Source: a virus. Taken from it: 64,000 nt of DNA. The translations under genes and the position numbers were made by a program. Positions within the stretch are counted from its first letter, which is position 1; each line of letters opens with the position of its first letter. Location: the IMG/VR virus record IMGVR_UViG_3300017917_002795, positions 64,001 to 128,000 of that record. One strand, 5' to 3'. Positions 39,657 to 49,906 of the stretch are shown here, in pieces. The notes under the pieces are model-generated. The model searched no databases and had not been told where the DNA came from. It saw only the letters and a program-made list of their open reading frames with translations.

Positions 39657-39870
39657 GGCAGAAGATCGCATCACATTGCATGAAAACTTATTCAATTTGA
39701 TTTGGTGGGGTGAGGGTCGATGGGACTGGAATACCATATACAATATGCCAATACCTATACGTAAACTTTGGACTAAGAAAGTCAATGACATCATTGCAGC
39801 TCGAAATCCAAAAAACACGGCATCTAACACCGCCGGCCCCAAGAAAGCGACACCCAGAAAAACCCAGTAA
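39589..39870 (+). CDS. gp51-like chaperone segment, possibly reached by frameshift from upstream ORF
   Basis: W.TIYNMPI.IR..W motif; +1 frame overlapping upstream ORF; only TTG/GTG starts without RBS. Confidence 0.6.
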   Translation: MKVRTGAPSPPGFHLDQTFFGYKAEDRITLHENLFNLIWWGEGRWDWNTIYNMPIPIRKLWTKKVNDIIAARNPKNTASNTAGPKKATPRKTQ

Positions 39871-39887
39871 CAGATATTTATGATTAT

Positions 39888-41921
39888 ATGATGCCCGAAC
39901 TCCACATACTGATTTCTCGTTTAAAACAGCAACCTAGACATGGTATGGCTAAACAACAAAACAAATCAACTAAACAATACATTTCAGAGACAGAACAAGA
40001 TTATAAAGAATTAAGCAGATTATTTAAGAACTTTGAGGATTCTGCTAGTGAAGCACTTGGAGATTTTATCGGCAAATCAAAACAACTCTTAAAAGCATTT
40101 ACTGATTCCTCATTAGAAACACAGCTCGGATTAAATGTAATGATGGGCGTATTTGATGCAGTAGCTAAAAAATCTGAAGAATTAGTAAAAGCATCAACAT
40201 GGCTAGAACAACGCAATGCTGGACTCACTAAATCATTTAGATTAAATGCAAAAGAAGCAGGGGCATTAGGTGAACAATATGATTTTCTAGCAGCTGGTTA
40301 TACCAAAGCTGGCAAAGAAGGTGATAAAATGGCAGCTGGTTTAGATACTGGCGGCGAGCAAGTTAGAGTAATGGCTACTCGTATAGAAAAACTTCTTCCG
40401 GGTATGTCAAAAATGATTGTTGGTATAGCTAAAACGAATAATTTTTCAGAAAAATATCGCAACGAATTATTTCAAACTAACACATTATTAGTAGATCATC
40501 TAGGATTATCAGAAGATGCTGCTACGAATTACCAACGTTTTGCAGATGCTTCTGGTAAATCTAGTATGCAAATGTTGGGTTCGGCAAAAGCTTTTGCTGA
40601 TGCATTCGAATCACAAACAGGTATTGCTGGACAATTTGGTAACATTATCAATGATATCGCCAATATTGGCGAAGACCTTCAGATGGCATACGGCAAAATG
40701 CCAGGAAACTTGCAATTAGCAGTAGTTAAAGCTAGATTATTAGGCATTGAATTTAAAAAACTTGATGCAGTTGCTGAAAAAATGCTTAACATTGAAGAAT
40801 CGGTAAATGCTGAATTAAATTATCAATTAATCAGCGGAAAACGATTAGTCAATCAAGATGGCGAAAGCATCACTGAAAAACTGCGTATTGCTAAATTGAG
40901 TGGCAATGCAAATGATATGACTGAGGCCATGAATGAGTTATTAGAATCTCAAGGCGAAATACTTGATGGAAATAACTTTTATGCCAAACAACAACTAGCT
41001 GAACTAACCGGATTGTCAGTGCAAGAATTAACTCGTGCAAACAACATGAAAAAAGCCATGGCTCGCACGGGTATTAAAGAAGGCGAATTGCAGCGCATAA
41101 TGGAACTAGATCCTGCGGAATTTGCTGATGCTATTAGCAAATATGATGATGATGATAAAAAGATTTTTCAAGCATTAAAAAGCACTGAGAGTTTAAAATC
41201 AACCGAACAGTTAATGAATGATTTAGTTTCTGGAAAACGTACTCTTAAGGTAGTTGCTGTATCTCAAAAACAAGCAGATATAATTGAAGCTACCCGTAAA
41301 GCTGCAGTTGGCGCAGATTATACCGGTGGAAAAGGCACTATTGCAGATGCAACCGGCGAGCTAGCAGGATTAGGCGTCACCGAGGGTACTGTAAAAATAT
41401 CCGGGAAACTAGCTAGATATGGAGGTAGCGTAGCAATTGCAACTGAGAATTTAACAAAATTAGGAGAGCTCCTCCCAGGTGTTAATACTGCGGTAACTAA
41501 ATTTAAAGGTGCATTAACATCCACAACAACGTTTTTAACTGGACTAGGATATGATGCCGCTATAAAAAATATCGGAAAACCTGCCACTAACTCCGATGTA
41601 ACTAATAAAGCAGTTGTAGATTATAATAAACCAGTATCAGTTGATGATGCTGTTATTAAATTTAATCCGCAAGATAAAATTATGGTTGCTAGCACAGATC
41701 CTGGACAATTAATGCCAGCTGTAAATCAACTCACCGGTGGCAGTGGCAATACAGCCATAGTAGATCCAGGACCAATTGCAGCAGCCGTACGCGATGCAAT
41801 GTCAAAAATTTCAGATGCAATGTCAAAAATTTCATTTGATATAACATTAGATGGTGAAAAACTAAATAAATCAATAAAAATGGTTCAAGGCCAATCATTG
41901 AATACAGTTAATTACGGATAA
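39888..41921 (+). CDS. Tape measure protein
   Basis: Long helical Ala/Gly-rich protein between chaperones and baseplate genes. Confidence 0.75.
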   Translation: MMPELHILISRLKQQPRHGMAKQQNKSTKQYISETEQDYKELSRLFKNFEDSASEALGDFIGKSKQLLKAFTDSSLETQLGLNVMMGVFDAVAKKSEELVKASTWLEQRNAGLTKSFRLNAKEAGALGEQYDFLAAGYTKAGKEGDKMAAGLDTGGEQVRVMATRIEKLLPGMSKMIVGIAKTNNFSEKYRNELFQTNTLLVDHLGLSEDAATNYQRFADASGKSSMQMLGSAKAFADAFESQTGIAGQFGNIINDIANIGEDLQMAYGKMPGNLQLAVVKARLLGIEFKKLDAVAEKMLNIEESVNAELNYQLISGKRLVNQDGESITEKLRIAKLSGNANDMTEAMNELLESQGEILDGNNFYAKQQLAELTGLSVQELTRANNMKKAMARTGIKEGELQRIMELDPAEFADAISKYDDDDKKIFQALKSTESLKSTEQLMNDLVSGKRTLKVVAVSQKQADIIEATRKAAVGADYTGGKGTIADATGELAGLGVTEGTVKISGKLARYGGSVAIATENLTKLGELLPGVNTAVTKFKGALTSTTTFLTGLGYDAAIKNIGKPATNSDVTNKAVVDYNKPVSVDDAVIKFNPQDKIMVASTDPGQLMPAVNQLTGGSGNTAIVDPGPIAAAVRDAMSKISDAMSKISFDITLDGEKLNKSIKMVQGQSLNTVNYG

Positions 41922-41924
41922 ACA

Positions 41925-43310
41925 ATGGCATCAAAGCTACATAGCAACATAACAATTGAATCCATAACGCAACGTACTATAGTTGCCGGAGCTGGTATTA
42001 TAGGTTCTAATTTAGGTATTCCGCAGGTAAGTTCATTAGCATCAAATTTGATTAATATGGGAGAACCGGCAGATCCATTATATTCAACTACACCATTCTC
42101 GCAGCTTCGCAATTTACCATGGATTACGATGAATGATTTTCGTAGCAGAAAAGGCATAAAAAATATAGGACTATCATTTGACACTCGTTTAGATGGAGCA
42201 GCATTATCTACAAGAAACTTTAAACCACGAGCCGCACTTTATGCTGCATTATCAGCACAACCAGGCGGAGCATACAGTGTATTTAATCGAAATGGCGCTG
42301 GTAAATATGGATATGGTTGGGGAGATCATGGAAATCCATACGCACTACGACGAGATTTTACTCAGGAAAGTCATGTAGCAACGCGTTGGTCTGATACTGA
42401 TAAAACATGGAAACCGGTGGAAAATCTATTATCGCGAGCTACAGCATTCCGGGGAGATCGTGTTAATGTTATTGATTATCAGCCGGCTGGTAAGTTAGGT
42501 GCTATATATAAATGGAATAATACAAATAAGCCAATTCATGCTGATTTAAACGAAACTCTAGATTTCATTAAATTTTTCTTTACCGGACCTAAATTAGCAC
42601 CGAATACTGTAGAAAATGAAATGATTACTGATGATGTTATAGTTTTCCGTGCAACAATTGGAAGCATTTCTGATACATTTAATCCACAATGGAATCCGGT
42701 GCAATTGATGGGTCGTGCAGATCCAAATTATCATTATGCTGGATACAGTCGCGACATGAGTCTAGATTTTACGGTTTATGCAACAGACCGAGATGAATTA
42801 AAACCAATATATCGTAAATTAAATGCACTTGCAGGTTATACAACACCAGATTATTCCGGAACAAATATTGGATTTAAAGGACCATGGATGCGCATTACAG
42901 TTGGGGATTTATACAATCAAATGCCTGTTATAATATCTAGTTTATCTTACACATTAGGTGACACGGATACCCCATGGGAAATAAACATAGAAGATGATCC
43001 AAGCATGATGCAAGTTCCATTAATGGTTAAAGTTTCAATTACCTTCAATGTTATCGGAGATTGGTTGCCACAAAAAGGAGGTCAATTCTATTCATTATCA
43101 AAACGATTTGATGAGTTCGGATCACTACCTGGTAACGACAATTGGTTAAGTGATGGTATACAAGAACGAACAAATAACCAACTCAGAATAGACAAATTCA
43201 AAAGAGAAGTTGCAGCTGCATTAGAAAAAAGTCAACAATATAAATCAACACATAAACCACAATTAACTACTCGCGAAATGCCTGGCGAAATTGTATTAAA
43301 TAAAAACTAA
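41925..43310 (+). CDS. Baseplate/tail-tube initiator protein
   Basis: FRATIGSISDTF..W....MGRADP..YSRDMSLDF tube-like domain; position. Confidence 0.65.
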   Translation: MASKLHSNITIESITQRTIVAGAGIIGSNLGIPQVSSLASNLINMGEPADPLYSTTPFSQLRNLPWITMNDFRSRKGIKNIGLSFDTRLDGAALSTRNFKPRAALYAALSAQPGGAYSVFNRNGAGKYGYGWGDHGNPYALRRDFTQESHVATRWSDTDKTWKPVENLLSRATAFRGDRVNVIDYQPAGKLGAIYKWNNTNKPIHADLNETLDFIKFFFTGPKLAPNTVENEMITDDVIVFRATIGSISDTFNPQWNPVQLMGRADPNYHYAGYSRDMSLDFTVYATDRDELKPIYRKLNALAGYTTPDYSGTNIGFKGPWMRITVGDLYNQMPVIISSLSYTLGDTDTPWEINIEDDPSMMQVPLMVKVSITFNVIGDWLPQKGGQFYSLSKRFDEFGSLPGNDNWLSDGIQERTNNQLRIDKFKREVAAALEKSQQYKSTHKPQLTTREMPGEIVLNKN

Positions 43311-43311
43311 A

Positions 43312-43608
43312 ATGAGATACGCAACTACAAATCAATTGAAAACGCCATCTGGAAAGCGAAGATTGGAAACAACTATTTTTCCTAGTGTTCCGCTATCGAA
43401 TAATGATACATACATACAAATTGTTACTCCAGAACGATTAGATAGGCTAGCTTTAAATTTTTATGAAGAAGTAGCAGCATGGTGGATTATTGCAGCATCA
43501 AACAATATACCACGTGGTACAATCATTGTACCAGCCAACACCATATTACGAATTCCACCAAAACCTGATGTTATGGACTTAATTAGAACTGCAAATTTAA
43601 CAAGATGA
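43312..43608 (+). CDS. LysM-type baseplate wedge protein (gp53-like)
   Basis: ERLDRLALNFY...WWIIA..N...LRIP. Confidence 0.8.
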   Translation: MRYATTNQLKTPSGKRRLETTIFPSVPLSNNDTYIQIVTPERLDRLALNFYEEVAAWWIIAASNNIPRGTIIVPANTILRIPPKPDVMDLIRTANLTR

Positions 43609-45848
43609 GCCAAATATTTTATTCACAAGTAGATCCAAACTTACAAGAAGAATTAACTCGCCGGGCGCGTGCTGGTAAAACAGACCGGTCTGATACAGCA
43701 CTTCGGTACATGACTGAAAAAGTTGCAAACGTTGAAGTTACAGCATATGATGGCAATCGTCGCGATGATAATAAAAAAATTCACACATTAGGCGGCAACA
43801 CCGTATTAACTGGAGAATATTTACCAGGAGGTGATTATGGATTCTTATCAGAACGCCCATATACATTAAAAGAAACAAGATGGATAGCAGCAACTGGAAA
43901 CGGAGATGTATCAGTTGTTGATCAAACTATATCCGGTTCAATAAACAATGCATCATATCGTATACCACCATTCATCTCTAATGTTGAATTAGCAATCAAT
44001 GATAATTCGCGAGGATTAACAAACAAAGCAACAATTAACATAACTATTCCAAATCCAGAACGAGATCTAAATTTCATGGAAAGTGTGTATGCTCGTCCAG
44101 GTCGTTATTGTGCTTTATTGATTGCACATCCGGATTCAGCATTAATGACACGAGATGTTGCTGGCGTTAATGGGTTATTAGATCCAAGTTCACTTCCAGA
44201 TTTTGAATTTCTCAAAACAAATAGTTCAATAACCAAGAAAGAATATGATGAACTACGAAAAATGAATGAAGTACGGTTTGAAGGCTTAATAACATCATTT
44301 GAATATCAATACACTCAAGATGGTTCGATTACAATGACCGTGTATATCTTAGGTACTAGCATGGTATATACGGATCTGTCAATGATCATGCAAACTGGAA
44401 CACCTGCTGAAGTATCAGCATCACAAGATCCAGAAATAGTTGATCAAGCAAAATCATTTTATCAAGCAATATATGATGAAGTATCTACATTATATAAACT
44501 TAAAACTGATATATCCGGTGTTAAATGGGCATTTGGATTAACGCAAGGTTTTGACCGAAACAATCCAAAAGCATATTTTGCTGGCCATACTAGTATTACC
44601 GGAAATTCGAACATGTTTATCAATCTTAATTATTTGATGTCATTTATTAATAGAAAGATTTTAACCAAAATTAAATTAAATGTTGATAAACCAACAATAT
44701 TAACAAGCGCTAACAACAATATACGATGTAACTATTATCCAAATTTATGCTCATCTGATCCAGATAACATTCTACTTCCTGGGCATTTAGTACGGCCGAG
44801 TGCATCTGAATCTCCAGATTGTTATGGAATAATTAAACCGAGGACATCGAATCAAAACCCGTCAGCTAGAAAATGGTTTCCGCGATTAAATGCAAATGAA
44901 GATATTATGTCAGATGTATCTGTCCGTCCAACTTTTTATCCAACTGACCGAGAAACCGTATTATCAAACTCAACTGATAACTCCGGACGACCTGGACATA
45001 TCATGATAAATTTAAAATTCATTGAAACTATAATCAATAATTTATCTGGTACAAAAGATCAATTTACAGTAAAAGCTTTTTTAGAGCGTATTAGTGATAA
45101 AATTAATAATGCAACAGGAGGCGCAATTGATTTAAAATTAACAGCAGATCCATCATATCCATTAATAATGTATTTTAGAGATGCCAATTGGATATTTGAC
45201 CCATCTAAACCAAAACCAAAACCATTTCTCATTCCAATGTTTGCAAATAATCCGGTTGGAACTATAGTTCGTGATTTCAAACTTTCCGCTAAATTACCGA
45301 GCAATGCACAAAGTTTAATGTATTCCATTAATAGTAGTGATAAGGTTACAGAAGACCAAGTAGCACCATATATGAATTTTATGTATAATAATGCTGCAAC
45401 AAAAAGAACTGGTACAGGTGCTGACACTGTCGATACAGTTGTTTATGGTGATAAAGAAATGACTCGTAAATTGGCAGAACAATACAAAGAAACCCATGAA
45501 AAATATCTAAAACAATTGAAAGATGCGAGAGCTGCATTTGGAGCTGATCCATCAAACCCGCAAAAACAAATTGCATTAGCGGCTGCATTGAAAAAACACA
45601 TACAATATCCGACCCCAACAATAGAACAATCCAATCAATTAGTAGCACCGGTATTTCCTATAGATGCAGAATTCACAATCGATGGTGTTAACGGATTTCG
45701 TTACGGAGATATTGTTGATTTTCCAGGAATACCAGAAAAATACAGAAGATGCACGACATTTACCATAAAAAGCATAACACACAGCATAACAGAAACTGGT
45801 GAATGGACCACCCGAATTTCATGTTTAATGCGGCCAAAATTTGATTGA
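43605..45848 (+). CDS. Putative baseplate hub protein
   Basis: Position; FEGLITSFEY and C-terminal FTIDGVNGFRYGD...F.IKSITHSI...WTT motifs. Confidence 0.6.
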   Translation: MSQIFYSQVDPNLQEELTRRARAGKTDRSDTALRYMTEKVANVEVTAYDGNRRDDNKKIHTLGGNTVLTGEYLPGGDYGFLSERPYTLKETRWIAATGNGDVSVVDQTISGSINNASYRIPPFISNVELAINDNSRGLTNKATINITIPNPERDLNFMESVYARPGRYCALLIAHPDSALMTRDVAGVNGLLDPSSLPDFEFLKTNSSITKKEYDELRKMNEVRFEGLITSFEYQYTQDGSITMTVYILGTSMVYTDLSMIMQTGTPAEVSASQDPEIVDQAKSFYQAIYDEVSTLYKLKTDISGVKWAFGLTQGFDRNNPKAYFAGHTSITGNSNMFINLNYLMSFINRKILTKIKLNVDKPTILTSANNNIRCNYYPNLCSSDPDNILLPGHLVRPSASESPDCYGIIKPRTSNQNPSARKWFPRLNANEDIMSDVSVRPTFYPTDRETVLSNSTDNSGRPGHIMINLKFIETIINNLSGTKDQFTVKAFLERISDKINNATGGAIDLKLTADPSYPLIMYFRDANWIFDPSKPKPKPFLIPMFANNPVGTIVRDFKLSAKLPSNAQSLMYSINSSDKVTEDQVAPYMNFMYNNAATKRTGTGADTVDTVVYGDKEMTRKLAEQYKETHEKYLKQLKDARAAFGADPSNPQKQIALAAALKKHIQYPTPTIEQSNQLVAPVFPIDAEFTIDGVNGFRYGDIVDFPGIPEKYRRCTTFTIKSITHSITETGEWTTRISCLMRPKFD

Positions 45849-45849
45849 T

Positions 45850-46461
45850 ATGGACACTAGACTAAAAATACGATACAGCCTTGCTGAAACCCAAAACAAC
45901 CTATATACATTTGGCGGAGAATGGCAAACTACGGACGGTGTAGAATATCGAGGGGCATATCATCAATACACAGTTACCCAAGAAACATTCACAGAACCAG
46001 AGTGGCTTCCTGGAAAATCTCGGCAACTCATTGCATTGCAACGCATATCACCATTAATTGCCGCATACAACCAACTTGCTACACCCGAAACCGCATATCA
46101 ATCCGTTCAGCCCATACAACCCGAAATCACTGAACAAAATAAAACTGATGGTTTTGTTATGCGGTATTTTATTAAAAAGATAAATGATATCAACATCATT
46201 GAAATTTCCAAAGATCAATACACTGCATATCAAAACAATGAAATTGATAACAACATGTATACAGTTGGTGCTATCCGTTGGCAGATTGCCGGACCAATTG
46301 AATCACAAACAACACCATACCAAAAACCTGGCGTTGTAGAATTAAATGAAACTGCAATCATGTCTTTAAAGAAGACCATGTCTGGAATCGATGTTAAATT
46401 AAGCAATTTAACGGAATATTACACAGATACTGATTTCATGGTACCAAAGAACATCAACTAA
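45850..46461 (+). CDS. Hypothetical protein (end of tail module)
   Basis: NLYTFGGEW..Y.GAYH and RYFIKKIN motifs. Confidence 0.65.
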   Translation: MDTRLKIRYSLAETQNNLYTFGGEWQTTDGVEYRGAYHQYTVTQETFTEPEWLPGKSRQLIALQRISPLIAAYNQLATPETAYQSVQPIQPEITEQNKTDGFVMRYFIKKINDINIIEISKDQYTAYQNNEIDNNMYTVGAIRWQIAGPIESQTTPYQKPGVVELNETAIMSLKKTMSGIDVKLSNLTEYYTDTDFMVPKNIN

Positions 46462-46498
46462 CGATTGGATTTCTGCAATTTTTTTCATATCATTTGGT

Positions 46499-47824
46499 AT
46501 GATACTAGACCACGAACAAGATGTAGTGAATCTGCTCGATCGAATTGCAGAATTCAAAACACTAATTGTTCCAGTACTGGCTAGTCCCACACATCATGCT
46601 ACACATAATCCATTGATTGCCATGTATGTATACAATGAAGCAGACGAGTGCATAATACCAATGCGGCATACCGAACAAATACAAGGGTTTACAGAACATG
46701 TCCCGCAGTTTCTCCAGCTACGGAATATCTTTGTTCATGACAAAAAACAATGGCTTCTAATAGGCGGAAACGAAGCCGTATGGGATGTTAAGACTTTATG
46801 GTGGTATACATATGGAGAAGCATATGATGAATCACATTATCCAACTGCAGCTCATCAATTTTATTGGCGTCGACACAGCACAATGCCACAGGTTAATTCC
46901 ATCGTTCCTTTGCAACAACACCTAGCCATGTGTCAAAAGATACGGCACTATGCTTGGCCAATGTGTGTGAATGCAGAAATGTCCACATCATACAAACATT
47001 TCAATGAAACTTATCCAAAGGTATTTGCCGCAATTGAGCGCAACGGATTGCAAGTTACAGAATCTTTTCGTCTGACAGATATAATTCATGCAAGTCGAGT
47101 TTATTCACAATACAATTATCACACAGTAACAGGACGTCCGAGCAATGCTTTTCGAGGATTCAATTTTGCGGCAATGAACAAAGAAGATGGAACACGAGCT
47201 GCATTTTCAAGCCGGTTTGATGCAGGCGCACTAGTAGAAATGGACTTTGATTCATATCACATTAGATTGATTGCTCGATTAGTTGGTTATGAATTGCCTA
47301 CATCATCTATACATGATTATTTAGGACAATTTTATTTTGGTGTCGACACATTAACAGACACACAACGTGATGAAAGTAAAGCCATAACATTCCGGTTATT
47401 GTATGGTGGTATTGATTCTGAATTCTTATCAATTCCATTTTTCCGGCAAGTAAATGATTTTATATATTCATTATGGAACAAATGGAAAACGAAGCGCTAC
47501 ATTGAAACTGCCATACTTAAACGTCGATTAAATGCAGATACATTGAAAAATATGACTGCAAATAAATTGTTTAATTACTACCTACAAGCCACAGAAACCG
47601 AAGTATCGGTTGAAAAACTTCAATTAGTGCAAGACCTATTGAAAACATACCAAAGTTGCATGATTCTATATACATATGATTCTGTGTTATTTGATGTTGC
47701 AATGCAAGAAGCAAAACAACTTTTGCCGGCAATCAAATCCATATTAGAACAAGGCAATTTCCCAGTCAAAATAAAATATGGTATCAACTACCATGAAATG
47801 CTAGAAATGAAAAAACAAGTTTAA
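46499..47824 (+). CDS. polA: Short atypical family A DNA polymerase
   Basis: TVTGRPS; motif A MDFDSYHIRL; motif B RDESKAITFRLLYGG; motif C YTYDSVLFD. Confidence 0.8.
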   Translation: MILDHEQDVVNLLDRIAEFKTLIVPVLASPTHHATHNPLIAMYVYNEADECIIPMRHTEQIQGFTEHVPQFLQLRNIFVHDKKQWLLIGGNEAVWDVKTLWWYTYGEAYDESHYPTAAHQFYWRRHSTMPQVNSIVPLQQHLAMCQKIRHYAWPMCVNAEMSTSYKHFNETYPKVFAAIERNGLQVTESFRLTDIIHASRVYSQYNYHTVTGRPSNAFRGFNFAAMNKEDGTRAAFSSRFDAGALVEMDFDSYHIRLIARLVGYELPTSSIHDYLGQFYFGVDTLTDTQRDESKAITFRLLYGGIDSEFLSIPFFRQVNDFIYSLWNKWKTKRYIETAILKRRLNADTLKNMTANKLFNYYLQATETEVSVEKLQLVQDLLKTYQSCMILYTYDSVLFDVAMQEAKQLLPAIKSILEQGNFPVKIKYGINYHEMLEMKKQV

Positions 47825-47840
47825 TCTTAAAACACATAAA

Positions 47841-49115
47841 ATGAAGAAAACTCAGTCAACTGCATGTACCATACAAGACATACTTACAGAATGGAGTCGA
47901 CGCATACCAAATGGATATCCAACATGTCCTGAACATTACGAACTACTTTATCATATAATTTTAGAAATGACAAATTTACCAGCACTACAACCCATCACCA
48001 CACCAAACGATTTAATCTTAGCAGAAGATGTAGATTTCACAGAATTAAATGTTCCTCGCAATGTACTAGAACAAATTGAAACAATCTATGAACAACTACC
48101 AGATGAAGAGCGCATAGAGTTTAATACCAACTATCGCACACATAGTATTGATTCATTTTTACAAGGCGGATATTTACCATTCATCAAATTCTTCAACATA
48201 TTGGATCATGAATCATCTGGAGGAAGTATGGGTCGTGGAGAAGTTGAGGTTTTATTAGCAGTTAGGGATTCATTGTCAGGAGGCACTGGTAAACATGATA
48301 TCTTAATAGGTAAAACTGAATGGGAAGTTAAGGAAATAGGAAAAACTGCAAAACTTAAAAAATCTGGAGAACTAGGTGAAGCACCGAAAGAAAAAACATT
48401 TCGACCTGGTCAATTAGGATTTCAGCGCAGAGGTGATGTTTATTCAGAAATCAATGAATTCTTTGAACAGGTTGTCGAACCATTGCTGCAAATGAAAAAT
48501 CCTTATGAAACACTGAAACATTCAATTGATGCTGCTGGTCATCAAAAACTTCAGGAATTTATTGAATGTATTCATCAATATTTTGAAAAACACGCGGAAA
48601 ATGTGCATAAAAAGGAATTGAGTCGAAAACCGTGGGAAGATTTCTATGTAGGATTTAAACGGTTAAATGAAATTGTTTGGGGTACTGATCTAGCTGATAA
48701 CATACAAGACACGCGAATGACAATACAATCATCGGATATTGAAATCTCATATTGCATTGACACGGCAGATGTACAACGAATCGCAGAAGCAGCAGGAACA
48801 GAAACACCGATTATGCTGAAAATAGGTCAAGAAATTGATTCACACAATGTAGGCGTCATAACTTTATTATCCAAAATCAAGAAAAGCCGATATATATATG
48901 AGCCGGAGGAGCTTGTTAATGCATTCAATTTAATCAAGAACAAATTCTTTATGAAAGTTCAAGGTTTGATTGTGTATGATAAGAATGTGCCTGGTATTCC
49001 TGTTAGTACTACTCGATATGATTGGGCTATTGCAGGATTATCGGCAGGTCAATACACATTTGCATTGAAAAGTTCTATGGATAACAAATATACTTTTATA
49101 CATATGCAGTCATAA
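47841..49115 (+). CDS. Hypothetical protein with PD-(D/E)XK-like nuclease motif
   Basis: MGRGEV...GKHDILIG..WEVKE. Confidence 0.5.
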   Translation: MKKTQSTACTIQDILTEWSRRIPNGYPTCPEHYELLYHIILEMTNLPALQPITTPNDLILAEDVDFTELNVPRNVLEQIETIYEQLPDEERIEFNTNYRTHSIDSFLQGGYLPFIKFFNILDHESSGGSMGRGEVEVLLAVRDSLSGGTGKHDILIGKTEWEVKEIGKTAKLKKSGELGEAPKEKTFRPGQLGFQRRGDVYSEINEFFEQVVEPLLQMKNPYETLKHSIDAAGHQKLQEFIECIHQYFEKHAENVHKKELSRKPWEDFYVGFKRLNEIVWGTDLADNIQDTRMTIQSSDIEISYCIDTADVQRIAEAAGTETPIMLKIGQEIDSHNVGVITLLSKIKKSRYIYEPEELVNAFNLIKNKFFMKVQGLIVYDKNVPGIPVSTTRYDWAIAGLSAGQYTFALKSSMDNKYTFIHMQS

Positions 49116-49130
49116 ACAGGAACATGATAC

Positions 49131-49514
49131 GTGAAAACCCAACTACTTTGCACATTTGCACATCGATCAGATTTAAACATTGTTATTGAATATATACAAG
49201 GAAGCTATACTATACCAGAACGCAGAATATTTGTGTTCGCAAATGCCGATGCTCCAGATAATTTATATTGCACGTATAATGCAGATGCAGGAACGCAACG
49301 CGGACAAAATACCATTAGCATACATCGTAAAAAAGAAACAAACACATTGTATACGGTAAATGCTTTGAATGAAATAATTCGCACAGTAAACAACGGAGTA
49401 TTGGATCGAACATATCAATTGGATTGGACGATGTATCAGAATTCATTCATACTTACAGATTCAGATGGATATCGTGTAATTGACCTGGTTTTCTTCAAGA
49501 AGTTTTCTTGGTAA
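49131..49514 (+). CDS. Hypothetical protein (GTG start)
   Basis: CAGGA RBS upstream; compact 127-aa ORF in operon. Confidence 0.7.
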   Translation: MKTQLLCTFAHRSDLNIVIEYIQGSYTIPERRIFVFANADAPDNLYCTYNADAGTQRGQNTISIHRKKETNTLYTVNALNEIIRTVNNGVLDRTYQLDWTMYQNSFILTDSDGYRVIDLVFFKKFSW

Positions 49515-49550
49515 TTGATATTTATTTATATATAATACGGAAAAAAGATT

Positions 49551-49802
49551 ATGATAAAGTTAAAAAATGTTCTTAAAGAACAAGAATATACAGCAAAAGC
49601 TAGCAATGATTTTTTTAGCCCTAAACAAAAAAAGATTTATGAACATGTTTTAGCTGCATTAGCAGAACAATTAGGAATGACTGCTGATGATGTTGATGAT
49701 CATGTTGAAACAGACAATCAATTTAACAATGCCATTCATGATGTTGTTACTGTAATTGAAAAACTTGCCGATCGTATTGAATCTACGTTTGGACAAAATT
49801 AA
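49551..49802 (+). CDS. Small late protein, possible internal head protein
   Basis: Late-motif variant at 49518; N-terminus MIKLKNVLKE. Confidence 0.6.
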   Translation: MIKLKNVLKEQEYTAKASNDFFSPKQKKIYEHVLAALAEQLGMTADDVDDHVETDNQFNNAIHDVVTVIEKLADRIESTFGQN

Positions 49803-49906
49803 AACAAAAAACTTAACTATTTACTTTGATTTACCGAATTAATTATCTATATTATAATTAATAATTTATATTTTATTAACTATTTAACAAAAAAAGGAAT
49901 TAACCA

